A stretch of DNA of 64,000 nt from Dimorphilus gyrociliatus (taxonomy: Eukaryota; Animalia; Annelida): NCBI GenBank assembly GCA_904063045.1, contig CAJFCJ010000005.1, forward strand, positions 1,627,988-1,691,987. The letters run 5' to 3'. Shown piece by piece: positions 43,970 to 60,486 of the stretch (within the stretch, counting starts at the first letter, position 1; each line of letters opens with the position of its first letter). Below the pieces are notes generated by a model that was given only the letters and a program-made list of their open reading frames with translations, was not told the origin of the DNA and ran no database searches. Made by a program: the position numbers and the translations under genes.

Positions 43970-46130
43970 CTAATTATTCGCTGCACAATCAGCAACTACT
44001 TCGATTTCTTCAGAATCTGATTCACAACTGCTGTTCTTTCCATCTCCATCATATTCGTCTCTATCAGCAGCCATTGGAGATTCCTGTTAAACATACGATA
44101 AGATTACGGAGGGTAAACACAAAAATAAATTATCCTAATATCGAAAATGTTTATTGCAGGTGTTAATTGCGTAGATAAAGGCACTGGGTTTTATTGTTAT
44201 CAGACTGATTGATGTATATTGTATTATGGTACTTGCAGTTATATTAGCTACTTATTACTATCAACATATGGCACTTTTTCTTATATATCTACCTGTTTAA
44301 GGCGTCTCCATTTTGCTCGTCGGTTCTGAAACCAAGTTTTAACTTGTCTCTCGGTTAATTGCAAAGATTTTGCCAACTTCTTTCTTTCGGGGGGAGAGAG
44401 ATACTTTTGATTTTCAAACTTTTTCTCTAATTCAATTGTTTGATCGTTTGAGAAGCGAACTTGACCACCTTTTCGTTTATGCAACGGGCGTTGCATGTAC
44501 GGTCCCCACATATATGGTTTTGATGCTGTATAATGCAATAAACGTTAATATTTTTTAAAAATGTAATAACAATATCGTTTAACGATTTAATACCCTTACA
44601 TAATTTGTATATGTACTATGTATCAGTGTAAACGGATACAACCACTTGTACGCTGCGCCACCTACATGCTTAAAGTGACAGTAACGATGACATATTACGG
44701 TTGTTGAAAAACGCTGTTTGTTTGCACGTTGCCTTATTGCGAATTGGATTTTCCGTACAGAGACTGTTTGTCGTACAGATTATAGACAACGCCAAATATC
44801 GACACAGTTCTCCTTGTTCAATTCTTTTTTTTTAAGTCTGAATAGAGTTTTATAAGTATCAAAACTTTATATTGATATCTGGAATAAGCTGTACTTGAAT
44901 TCTTACTTATGTTTATCATTAAAAGATATGAACTTGAAGTAAATCGCCGATTTGGAATGTATTCATCATCATATAACAATGCTTAATAATGATTTTTTTT
45001 ATGATACATATGGATATAAATTTTGTGTTTTATTGAACCACTACTTTAATAGCCTATTAAAACGTTACTACGCGTAAAATATAGGCCTATATACATGCAC
45101 GAGTATACGCTTATGTCGGCTTTATTGAGTGTTGATGGCTTGAAACGCATTCTAAATGCGATATTTTTAGTCAATGAGGTTATAAACGTAATGGATATAG
45201 ACATCGAAGTCCGCAAACAGGCTGGCGCCAGAATACTTTAGATGAATGGCTTATCTGAATTTTAATATTCTTAAGCACTTTAAGAACGGTGATAGGAGAG
45301 CATGAACACTTTTCAATTTAGGTGTCAACCTATTCAATCATATGTGTAGTAACATGTTGTTATGAATACATATTTGTATGAAGTTTTTCTTTGGTAATAC
45401 ATTTTAAATTTTAGAATATAGCTTGTTGAAAGGAACGACCCACTTAATTTTATTGAGCACGTGACTCCAACAGTGAGTGCATGATAATTGTCGAATAATA
45501 CGAGAGAAGCGCCAGTTCGGCGCCATTTAAGATAGCGAAATGCAGATCGTAGGCTCCGTATGGTCTCTCTTATCATCTGATAATAGATAACAACAGCCAT
45601 CAGCTACTATTTGCAACTGAATGTTAGAGATAACAAATTACTTGCCGCCTATTACAACTGACAAGACGATACAGTCTCTATTTACTGAACAATCTTCATC
45701 GGTTATAAATATAAAATATTTTTAAGTATATAGTCGTTTAAGAGAATTTGATAACAATTATATGCTTACCAAATGGACTTCTTCCTGCCGTAAAGATGGC
45801 CAAATCGTTTTGCCTGTGTAGAACGCTCATAGGTTGGACGAAAGATGGTTGAGACATGGGATGACCCATATAAGCATGTGAAGGTAGTCCTGAACAAGGG
45901 GTTTGGATTGTCAAAGGATAATTGTAGGGTAAATCTGGTAAAGTTGGTTTAAGATGAACGGTTTTCATAACTTCAGAGGTTGAAACATTTTTTCCTTTTC
46001 CGAGAATATCATCTATCATGAAGGAAGATGCGCATGAAGTGCCCCTTGCATGACGATTCTGAGCCGCCGGATGAGGTATTGTTACAGTCGGTGAAGCACC
46101 AGCCAAGGCAGGAGTCGGTAAATGTATCAT
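43970..46130 (-). CDS. HHEX: Hematopoietically expressed homeobox (Hhex/Prh), 3 exons
   Basis: eh1/TN motif SFMIDDILG; homeodomain [59 protein letters not shown]; acidic tail. Confidence 0.93.
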
Positions 46131-46809
46131 ATTTTTTACTCGTTGAACAACAGCAATTAAGCTCTATCAAGGAAAATCTGCATATGTCTCTGCCTGAACG
46201 TTCGGCCGTGAAGTGAGCAACGAGCGCGTATTCGCCAATCCACTCTTAGGCTCCTCCCACTTCTGCGCAAAGGGTCCAATCATTTTTTATTACATGGTGA
46301 TCGGCGTTACCTTTGCTTACTCAAAAGAAGTCGTTGAATTTACGTAATTGATCAACTTTCATGCTCCTTACGGCAATTTTTTCTTAAGAAGACGCCTAGC
46401 AACCAGCAAAAGTTTTGCATATTTAATTTATTATGTATACAAGATCATGTAGATGGAGAGATTGTGATAAAGGCGGACCAGGGTAAAAGGTTTGTTTGCG
46501 CATTGAAGTCTCTGCAATTAATGTCGCCTGGTGCTACTATCGTATTACTATACGTCTCGCTGTGCTCTTTCCTTCATCTCTTTAGCAAACAACAGTCTCT
46601 TCCTTAGCTATCTTTCTGTCAGACGGATCTATCTTAAATTACTTAAAATATAAATAAACTTTACAAAGAAATTACTAAAATATATATATCGTTGTTCTCT
46701 AAGTGATTAATTGACGAAAGTATATAATATGATAAGATATAAAATTGAACTACTTATTGATAAATTATAATTCTAAATATAAAATTTATATGCATATACA
46801 GCACGGATA

Positions 46810-46814
46810 TATAA

Positions 46815-46852
<38 letters not shown>

Positions 46853-46880
46853 TATATAGTATATTAGTATATACTGTATG
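46810..46880. repeat. (TA)n microsatellite ending in TACTGTA
   Basis: atatatatat...tatatagtatatatagtatattagtatatactgtatg. Confidence 0.85.
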
Positions 46881-47644
46881 TTCTAAAGAGCCTCATCCTT
46901 ATAATGCTGCATATTATCTGTTCACTTTTATTCTGATTGTTGAATTTTTAAATAAAAATGTATATATAAATACCGTATAATATAAAGAAATTACAAGTGT
47001 GTTGTATGCAGTATATATAGTTACGATTCAATTTCAGATAATAGTTAAACAATAAAGTAAATGTGTACGAAGGTTTATATTTACGGTTAGCTTAATATAA
47101 TTCTTAATATATTCACCAATAATGCTAATTTCAGAATTTTTAATGGTGTCGTTTCACCTCCAGCTCGAGTTCGTGGCGCCGACAAGCACTGAAACCAACA
47201 CTTATAATGTTGACCGTATTTTTTATGAGCTTGTAGTTGACTACAGCTTACAAGAGAAAGATTGACAAGCCCCTTCACAGTCATTTGCTACAAAATTGGC
47301 TCCTGTCTGACTGAAAGCAACGTCTATAAAGCGCTAGCGATATACGATTCGATTTACTTATCGAACTAAAGACGTTTAGTAAACTATATAGAACGATTAT
47401 GTAAACGAACGAATTATGAAGGGGAGGGCTAAAGGGGAAGAGAGTGGGGAAACCGATTCTCGACAAGTGGTTTAGGTTATATAAAGCAAGTACGTACTGC
47501 ATACTGAATACAAAACACGTCAGCAGTAAGATGACGTCATATAGACCACGTGATCTATGATGTAGTGCTGGCAAGGCAGGAATGTCAACATAGTAAGTTG
47601 ATTGAGTATGTATACAAGGGTAAAAGTTTTAACGGAAAGTATAA

Positions 47645-47654
<10 letters not shown>

Positions 47655-47676
<22 letters not shown>

Positions 47677-47686
47677 ATAGAGACAG
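47655..47686. repeat. (GA)n tract
   Basis: gagagagagagagagagagagatagagacaga upstream of Hhex. Confidence 0.85.
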
Positions 47687-49366
47687 AATCACAGATAATG
47701 TCACAGACACGCAAGTCTCGAAATAATTCTTAATAAGACACTAGTCTTTATATTGCTTTCGATATCATCTTTATAACTTTATTAAGTTAGATATTTGTTA
47801 TTTCTACGTATATCTTATCATATCACAACGTGCCGATATGTAAATTAGAAATGTGAATTTTATTGCACAATTTCTTTATACTTTATACATAACTCACTTC
47901 ACGCATCGGTCACGTTTTTTAATTTTTAGAATGTTATTGAATATCATTGATTGACCTAGTTTACCTTTTAACTGGATGAGGAGTGCTTCATGGAAAATTT
48001 CCCATACGGTATTCAAATATTTTACAATTTGAACAAGGAATTAATGATTATGTTGTAAGAATAGAATCTTAATTCAATTGTTCAATTTTTTAAGTACATG
48101 GCTACTTTAAAATTCACATGTTGAATGTTTATTTAAATGTTAATTACAACGAAAGTTTTATTCGGCTTTTTCCTGAGCGGAAGTTATGTTGCGTAAGCTT
48201 TCAAGTATTTTATCTGCTCGGAAAATATGTGCTTTATTGATGGAGATTTCACTTTCCATATTATTTTATTTCCCTCTTTCCACGCATATACAGACGCACA
48301 CGCATAAACATGAAACACTCGAGTCTCTTGACTCGCAAAGTGGTAAATTTTCAACAAACTTGGAACTTTTAGGTAATCAAGTTAAATATTGAACAAGATT
48401 TATATTCATTAAAGCTATCTTCCTTCCTGTACATTCACAGATTAAAGGAATACATGAATATTTACCCTTAAATACAAGAGAATACAGGACGGAAAAGACA
48501 CTCCAAATTGCTGAGGATAAACGTCAACCGAACAGAATGCCAAGTACGTATAACATTTTAAGAGACTTTAAAGTCAGTGCAAATAGAATGTAGTAAGACG
48601 AGAAGATAGACAATATGAATAAACGAAAGATTTAGATGAGACGAGCAGGTGTTGAAGACTTGTATAAGATATTCCATTTCACAAACAGTATAATTTTTTA
48701 ATTGTCGGAAAATTAGTGAGCGTCTAGGGAGCCGAATTAGATAAGAAAATTCGATTAATGGCCAGATAAGGTAGTTGTAAAGTGGAGATTTCAATGCAAC
48801 ATCGGTGGAGGCGTGTTAGCGCTCGTGTCTGATAGCCCCAGGACATTTTCTTGCAACTAGTTCTTTTTACTTGCCGACTCTTCCATTTTTTAAGTGTCAA
48901 GTTAGCGAGAGGAAAAAAATCTTGTCTAAACACTTTCCAGATATTTTATTACCTAGCGGTCAAATTTAAAAGAAAAAGTTTACGTATTTCTGTTGTATTT
49001 GGACAAAGGGAACAAAATAATTAAGCAAAATACCTAAAAGTCATAAATCATCTACAATTCAATATTATTACTAATGAGCTAAAAAAAAAACAATTTCATT
49101 TTTAGGCAATATCGATAACAGCTAGCAAAATAAAAAATATGGTATCTAATCTGGATTTTTTAATATCTTTTTTGTTGGAGATTGCTAAAAAAAGAATTTT
49201 TTTATATGGAAATGTAAAAAAAAGAAAAGAAAGGAGGATATTTATATATTTTTACCTAGAAAGAGAGAAATCAGTTGTGCCGAACAAATAAACAAAAAAG
49301 TACAATATAAACATATAAAGAACTGAGACATAAGCACAGTTAAATATTTCACTTTTTTTTTTATTC

Positions 49367-50525
49367 CTAACTTGTCTTTTTTGCAAGTTTACTTCTCATA
49401 TAATTACGAAATAGAAAAATGCAGGAAAATTCACCAAATATGCAGAGTAAAACTGGCCCGAATGCAGAAAATACACTTGGAGTAGGTCTAGCGTGTAACT
49501 CATCGTACCTTAATATAAATTCTTCATGAACGGCGTCAAATTGCTTAATTGTGCACAAGCCAATAAAAATGTGAAAGATCGAATGCGAATGCATAACATA
49601 ATTACATAAACCATTATGTAGTCTTTGGGGAAAATCTATCGTAAAGAAAAATCCGCTTATTATAAAATAAATTATTTGAAGCCTATGATGGTTTTCGGAT
49701 GCTTTACAACTTTCTGTCTCTGTGAATGAGCATGTAAATAATCGGTGAAAAACTGGCGTTATTAAGACAATATAGATCAAGAGTACAGGCGTTATTTGCC
49801 AAATTTTCCTACTAAAAGGATATGGTCTTGTATACATAACTTTCGCTAAAGTACAGCAAAGACAAACAGCCACAGATAAGACTATTCCAAATAATGGGTA
49901 CCAGTGGTGCCATCTATCGAAAAAATTTTGTTCACTGATAATGCAGATATGAAGAAGAATGCTTCCCATTCCATATAATCCTATACCTGCGTAATCTACC
50001 ATAAATGCGGTGTAGTGCATAAGTTCTGACATAGAATGGAGTAGATGAGCTCCAGTGCTACTCAAATATAGAAAACCAGCACAAAAAAGGCCGGTAACTA
50101 TAGGCCAGGCATGGGGATCGTTGACCATGTCAATGTCCTTAGATAAGTCATATGCTTTGTAAATAACAGCAAAAAATGCAGCAAGATGAGTCCAAACATT
50201 AAAGGATTCGTTATGTAATTGAAAAATACTTAAAAAGTAATTTTTCAATGGAAAATTAATTGGTCTGTATCCGTTTGTAACATAGGGTTCGTGGAAAACC
50301 AAAGGTGTCTTTTCTCGCCTTGTTCTATGTATGATGAGAGGCCAGTATTTTACATCCGCTTTCTCTATTAGAATAAAGTGATAATTTAATTAACTTACTG
50401 AATTATAACATGATATTAAATTCCAGTTTATCGCTCGAATACTTACTATGATTTTTTTTCCAAATATCTTTTGAAGCATAGTCAGTTTTGCCATTACCTA
50501 TCCGAGCTTCAGTGCTTTGACTCAT
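49367..50525 (-). CDS. PAQR family, membrane progestin receptor alpha/beta-like (PAQR7/8 type)
   Basis: EPYVTNGYRP, LHNESFNVWTH, DPHAWP, AHLLHSMSE..DYAGIGLY, SHSIFH. Short first exon MSQSTEARI (ATG 50525) spliced in phase 1. Confidence 0.88.
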
Positions 50526-50714
50526 TATCTCTGCTTGTACACTCTCAATAGTATTGAATGAAAAAGATATCTATAAACTTAAGTCAGATGGTTCAGAATG
50601 AGATAAATGCATCAATGATTCACAAAAGGAAGTGCAGGTAAAAAGAAAACTGTCATTTTTCAAAAACAATTAATAATTTAAGACTATATTTAAAAGAATG
50701 ATTTACCGTGACTA

Positions 50715-50729
50715 AGAATCTTCGAGAAA
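50715..50729. promoter_or_regulatory. Heat-shock element (three inverted nGAAn units)
   Basis: aGAAt-cTTCg-aGAAa, about 220 nt upstream of the HSPA9 ATG. Confidence 0.6.
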
Positions 50730-50949
50730 GCAAACAATATATGCTTTTGAGATAATAAAGGTATGTTAATTGATTTCGACCATGACCTTCACAAGCAGAC
50801 GAAGAGTATAGTTGATCAGAATTAGCAAAAAAAAATCACCAGTTTTCAACACGTATAGTGCGGAATAGGTACCTGACTACTATAACCCTTCAACGGCCTT
50901 CAGTAACACGAGGTTTGCGTCAGAAAGTATATTCTGAACTATATTAAAA

Positions 50950-53968
<3,019 letters not shown>

Positions 53969-54661
53969 TATTTCGAATGTTGTTTAATCAATTAGTACAT
54001 ATTTCTTTTACGAATTTGCGAATGAGTGCTTAATTTAGGTATAAATAAAAGAACCTATACAGTAACTTTTTTTGATATTTGTAACAAACGAAAAGCAGCG
54101 ATCAAAATCTTATATTACCTTAATGGTATTGTTTGAAAGTCAGATAAGGAACTTTCACCTATATTAGAAATGAAGATAGCGCCAAAGATAACAGAATCAA
54201 AAGTGCGGGCCACTTATAGACATATATAAAGGTTATTAGGTCATAAAACGCCTTTAACCTAGAAATGTAGAGTTTAAGTATAATTAACGGGTCAGCTTAA
54301 AGACCGAGTGATTAACGTGAATATTCTCCAACAATAGTTAAAAACAGTTTTAAGTCAATCTTATAACATTTTATAAAAGTCTAAGACATTTGTCATTAGA
54401 AATTCATTTTTAAGTTGTTGGACCATTAGTATATTCTCTTTTTAGCATAGAATAGATTCAATTAAAACTAAAATTTCTTAATTTCAATTATAGATAGTAA
54501 CACGCTTTTTCGGTGAATGTTTTACACTTCCGGTCCTGTTTCAAGACCTCGTAAAAACTGGTATTTTTTTCCGATAGAGAATAAATATATTTTACTTATA
54601 CAAGAAAATTGTAAAAAGAGAGAGTTTATAAAAGTCTAAAGATATCCATTTAGATAACCTT

Positions 54662-55742
54662 ATGGCTGTTGACGCTGCACATTTGACTTCGACTATTTCT
54701 GAAGATGATCGCCCATCAATCTTTGACATTGTTGCTCAAGAGAGCATGCTTAAATGCCTTCAGCCGGCAGTGGAACATATAACAAATGTATATAAATGAA
54801 ATATATCGTAGATTTACTAAATTAAAAATATCCAATTATAATTTAGATACTTGCCATAAAAAAACCTGAAATTTTTGGAAAGCTTCAAAAACATTGCAGA
54901 GAAGTTTACGCAATACTGGCATTGTTTCTAGAACACCATTACTTGAAGAATTACAGTAAGTTCAATCATAAATATAAGTAATGGCAGTTAAAAATAATTT
55001 ATAATTTGAAGATGGATCATTTTCCGAAAATTTTTATGGTTTAAAGAGAGTTCCGTTGTTCAATCAGAAATGGGACAAAGTTGGCTTACCAATATCTCAA
55101 CATGTTAGTTCCTTATTTTGTCTGGTTGCAGTTCCTTACATAATAAGCAAACTGAAAGATAAATATGAAAATGACTTTACTGCAGACACATCAACTCTTG
55201 GCGGTCGATTTCGTCTGACTGTCTTTCCGTTTGTTCATTTCATAGAAAATTTTTCCAAAATGAGTTGCCTATTGGCATTCGTACTTGGAAAGCTTAACTT
55301 TCATTCACCTTTAATGCTTCTCTCCGGTTGTCGTCTTTCCAATTTGTCAGAAGAGGATATAACATTGTTTAATGCATCGTCAATGGCTGAGAAACAAACT
55401 TTTCTTCAAAAGTTTACAAGTACAGTCAGCACTGCTCTTGCCGTATCAGTTTCTTGTTCTTTGTTTCTACTCCAATTTTTGGACTGGTGGTATAGCAGTG
55501 AGCAGAGTAAACCAGCTAGAGAGTTAAATGTTAAAATTCCAGCACCACCTAATGTAAAAAGTTCTCAAGAAAAAAACACTTGCCCATTATGTTTAAACAA
55601 CCTGGTAGCTCCGACTTGTCTAGCGGTTTCGGGCTATGTTTATTGCTTTAATTGCATCGAAAATATTGTCGCAAAAAGAGGAAAGTGTCCTCTTACAAAT
55701 GTAAATTGTTGTATAGAGCAATTGATTCGTATTAATGTGTAA
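54662..55742 (+). CDS. PEX12: Peroxisome assembly protein 12 (RING peroxin)
   Basis: MAVDAAHLTSTISEDDRPSIFDIVAQE, GSFSENFYGLKR, LVAVPYIISKL, FLLQFLDWWY, CPLC..PTCLAVSGYVYCFNCI..CPLT. Confidence 0.92.
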
Positions 55743-55864
55743 GAGAATAAAAAAATGCCAAAGTTTTTTTTTATGAAGTTGTATTTTATTGTTAAATCAA
55801 CCAGAACATTGATTTTAAACGCAGTATTTCACGATGTCGAGAAATAAATGCAGAGATTCAGCGC

Positions 55865-56381
55865 TTATTGTTGAAGTTGACCCTTGTATTTAAAGTCAAT
55901 TCCCTTGATGTGATCGACCAGCCATTGTTGCATATAGACGAGCTTGTCATCCGGTAGAGGTGCACTTAGACTAGAGCATTTTTCTAAGAAAGAGAATTAA
56001 GAGTACAGTGTATAGAGTAAACAGATTTATATAAGCGTGTTTAGTACGTACCAACAAATTCATCGTGAGCTTGCTTATGGGTATCAAAGCCAGAATATTT
56101 CGAGGTCTTCATGATTTCTTCTTCGTCAGCGAAATGCTCCTTGACTTTCTTGACACAAGTGCCAAAAGTAGCATCATCGTTGCTTTCAGCGCAGGCAAAA
56201 ACTGCGTCAAAAAGACCTTTATGTTGTTCATCTAGGGTCTTGTACTGTTCGAAAGAAAAATAGAATATAAATTTACATTTACTTTCAACATTCATAATAT
56301 AACAAGTTATTGGATAAAAATACATACGAAGACTTCGAATTCTTCACTCCATTTGAAAGGCTTTGGGATTGGGAAGGCCAT
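55865..56381 (-). CDS. Myohemerythrin / hemerythrin (non-haem di-iron O2-binding protein), 3 exons
   Basis: [62 protein letters not shown]: all five His plus the Glu and Asp iron ligands are present. TATAAAA on the minus strand at 56460-56466. Confidence 0.95.
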
Positions 56382-59300
56382 TTTTTTCTTCTTGAAATGT
56401 TTTCGACGTGAACTTCTCTCAGTCCGAAACCAGTGTGACGAGATGAAATTTTCGTCGCCTTTTATACACCCTGACCCATTAGTGGCTGACGTGACAATTT
56501 AAACGTTCGATCTTAGACAATGTACTCTTACTTAACCAATCAGCAATTGTTCTTAGACTAATTTTTTATACGTATGTCTAGGATGGTCTGGGAAAAATTT
56601 TTCGTACTTAATTTTACTGACAAAGAACAAAGTGTAAATTGACGATTAGTACTTTATAAAAGTCCTTAAGTTATCATTTAAGAAGAATAAATCTATAATA
56701 TAAACAAAAAGTTCGTTTCAATTCCAAAAATCTCCCGTATTGGATAACCAAATCCCTCCCAACGGTTTTTGCCATGCTTAGAGAGTTCTTTGTACTTGTG
56801 CAACCTATTTAACATACATATTTCTAGGTTTAAAAACTTAAAAGTTTGTAAATTTAATATAAGAAAAATCTCTATGGGCTACGTGACATTTGAGTATTTT
56901 GGGCAAAAATATATGTCATTTTTTTTGACGCTTGATGGAAAAAACTACGGTCACCTCTAACTTGTCCTTGGCACGGAGTTTAAGGTCAAAATTAATTAAC
57001 CCTAATGACTAAAATGATTAAAGATGATACTTTCTTATATCTCTATAATTTGCACGTTTTCTAATAATAGACAACAATCTATATTGCACAAGGCATATCC
57101 GTGATAATAGCGGAAAAAACTAGGATTTTTGGCTCCGTACTACGTCATTTCTCTTTTGTACCGATAAAACAAGGAAAAATATCTCTTAACAAGCTAATAT
57201 AATATATATTGAAAGGAATATGTAAAGAAAGAAAGGGCCGACATAGTATTCTTCTTCTTTTCCATCCCCTTTCTCCGAGTCACGTAGTATTCTTAATAAA
57301 CGGGGAAGTTGCAACTATTCCTAATTGCTGGAGGGAAGAAAAACTAAGAAGGCGAATATATGGTAAAACTATCAATCTATCTTCATGTATCTTTATCCTA
57401 ATTCAATAGTATTCAATCAGGAAGATAGCATCACGTGTTTCCTACTTAAATATTATGTATCGAATTTCTATGATATACTCGATGACTCGTGTCCTAGTTT
57501 TATAGAAAAGTTTGTTATACTTTAGCGCGTAAGGTCATCGTAGTTTATTTCTTCAGTCAATGTATGAGGTAAACTAAGTGAAGAACAGAGATGTATTAAG
57601 ATAATGATATATATTATACAGAACTCAACGACGAAGGTGCTGCTAATCGGATTATCAGTCCAATCTTATTAAAATCTTTCTCCATTTTTTGCCTGTTTAA
57701 TTTTTTATATCTAGGACAAATTATTTTTCGCAAACTGAAACTTGTTGAAACTCTAATGACAACCTCAAGGCTATATTAGGCCTTGTTATAATAAATGATC
57801 GGAAAATGATACAAATTCCGAGCATTTAAGTTTAGTTTACTCGTCAGTTATAGTAAAGCAATCTAATATAAGTCTATCAGGTAGAGAAGAATTAGGAAAG
57901 AATAGATCCACATAGACATAAGTAGTTAAATTACTATGTATATTAGAAATTTCCCAGAATTTCTATATTGATTTTCGTATGGTTATTCCTTTCTATTAAT
58001 GTACTGTATGATATAGCATGAAAATTTTCCATAAATTCTCTACTTAGAATATTAAAAAGATTATTCCCGTTTTAGGATTTGGTACGATTAAATTTTGGGT
58101 GTGATTTATTGTATTTTCTTGAAGACAATGATAAAGATTATGTAATACAGGATTTCCCTTATTCATCCCATCTATCTATTCTGCATTGTTTAAATGACAA
58201 TTGTCCGATAGATTATGCACATACCGTATATACTGTATATTGAGTTCAAACTGAACGTTTTAAATAAACAACTCCTTTTTTTTAAAGAGACAAATAGATG
58301 ACTTTAACGATAGGTATAAAAACAAAAAAAACTCTCCTCCCCTAACCAGAAAGATATGAGTCATTTGGACAATGTTATTTGTCCAATTTAATTAACAATC
58401 CCCTAATTCCGATCCCACCTAAGTACTTCTTTTCGTTAGCTTCGTTCCAGGTATTGATCCTCTTAACAAAGGGTTTGTAAACATATTGACAATATTATAC
58501 AAAGTGCTGTACAAAAATAAAGTTACGTTGTTTATGAAGAGTGATTTTTCTATTATTATATACTTTATATAACGATAACAAACTAATTCATATATTGATA
58601 TAAACAACATATTAATCAATATTCCATATTATAGCCTATTTAAACAAGAAATTATTCTCCTCTTTTAATCTTATTCGAATTCTTTTAGAAAACAATTAAA
58701 CTGTTAACAAAGTTTTTACGCTCGTCAATAGGCGTCTAATTTAGAAATAGTAGCAATCCCCGTAGGATAGATATTTAACAGTTGAGGATACATTTATTGA
58801 CTCAACAACAATAAGACAAATTATAAGCACGTTATTTTTACAGAAGATAAATGCTATTGTTAAGTCTTCAAGATAATAAAATTACTTTGTTTATATAGAA
58901 CGTTTCGTCTGATTCTCTTTCACTCTTTTAATACAATAAACAATCATCTAAAGTGTGCATAAACTATTAAAGTTCAAGGTTAATGAATCAGTAAAATAAT
59001 CGAATAAATATTCTTACTTAAAAATAGGTGGGTTTAGTTTCAAGAATATGGTAAAATATTAAAACTGAACCCATCAGATACAGCCCTAAGGGTTGAAAAA
59101 AGTGAATACTTATATATTTGACCCTTTAATAAATATTTAAATATTTAAATATAACCGTTATATTTTAAGTATAAAAAAAAGCATAGGGTACACAGAAGTT
59201 AATAGTAGTTTGTTTTGTTTTTTTTAAGCAAAAATCATAATAAACTAATAAATCATTACTATAGAAAACTCAGTTATTAAAATTTATTGCTAAATGTTTG

Positions 59301-59750
59301 CATGTAAACATTCGATTTTTTTTTATATTTTTGCCCCCGCTTGTCCTTCCGTAATATTATATTATCTATACTCTTTTTAACAGTCAATAGTAAAGTTCAA
59401 ATACCGCTTATATTCAGTTTTTGATATGATTTTATATACTTAAATGGATTTCTGGGTATGAGAATGGTTGAATTTCGTCAATTCATAATATCGTGGCTAA
59501 AAAATGGGCAAACTGCCAACTTTTATCGTCTTCTATGACTAACTATATTTAGCATTACGTAATTCTTGAAAAATCTAAAGTATATTTTACAATTTGGTTA
59601 GGAATATCACATAAGAATATCAAGAACTTTTAGAAGTATTATTCATTGAACGAACTTCTTTCGTAGAAACGAATTTTTTGCGGATTTTGTAATCACTAAT
59701 GAGGGTCACGTGTGCATTCATTAGAAGGGCTTATTATCACTATAGACTGT

Positions 59751-59764
59751 GCCGCCTCTAGCGG
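59751..59764 (-). promoter_or_regulatory. CTCF-like motif
   Basis: Minus strand CCGCTAGAGGCGGC, upstream of the KIAA0232-like gene. Confidence 0.4.
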
Positions 59765-60486
59765 TTGTTATAAAATGGAATAATTTATGGGTGATATTAA
59801 TAATATTTTATTGTTAAAGTTAAAGAAAAACTCAACGTCACTCAGGAAAAGTCCAAAATTTATTGTAATAATTTTTTTCTAATTGATTTGTTTCTTAAAT
59901 AAACAATTATAACCCTACCATAACATAGGCGGCAGCACTGTCAATAAAAATAGAAGGCAGTTCACCGCGTTTATTCTTCCTTCTCTGGCGACTCTTACTT
60001 CCGCTGGCAATGACGAGCTAAAGAGGAGCAAATATACGGTTTTCTCAAAACAGAGAGATGCAGTAAATTTCTTACAAACAGATCCGATCTCTTCGAATAG
60101 CTCTGAAGAAAATGACGCGTAAATATCTACAATAAACGGTAAGATATCTATGTACGAGGTTGCAAACACGCGGGCGAATTATAGGACGATGAAGTGACGT
60201 AACAACGCATTTGAAAGATTCAATTTTATTGTCGGGGTTCGCTAGATTAGTAGCAAAGCAGTAGGTCGATTAGATGTCCTATGTATTATTTACGTAATGT
60301 AAGTCTTGCTAATGACTCTGATCGACCAGACAAATTGTCAACTGGCACAGAATGATTTCTATTTATTTCTTTTCACAGAAAGTATGATTTTCAAGTATTC
60401 GTTTTATTTGGTATGCTGAAAAACACGATTAAGCCGATCTTTGGAAGGATGCTCTCGCTACCGATTGTTTGGCTGTCTCTCGTGCC

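Noticed and set aside
47087-48933. Short ORFs upstream of Hhex (47087-47714, 48186-48933)
   Set aside because: Non-ATG starts, low-complexity or hydrophobic composition typical of AT-rich non-coding DNA; more likely Hhex regulatory territory.
46200-49300. Conserved microRNA hairpins in the larger non-coding gaps
   Set aside because: No match to the mature bilaterian miRNA sequences I could recall and no clean 60-70 nt hairpin seen; a miRBase/MirMachine scan would be needed to exclude them.
59915-60169. 84-aa minus-strand ORF
   Set aside because: GTG start, open in several frames, no family features; lies in the probable promoter of the KIAA0232-like gene.
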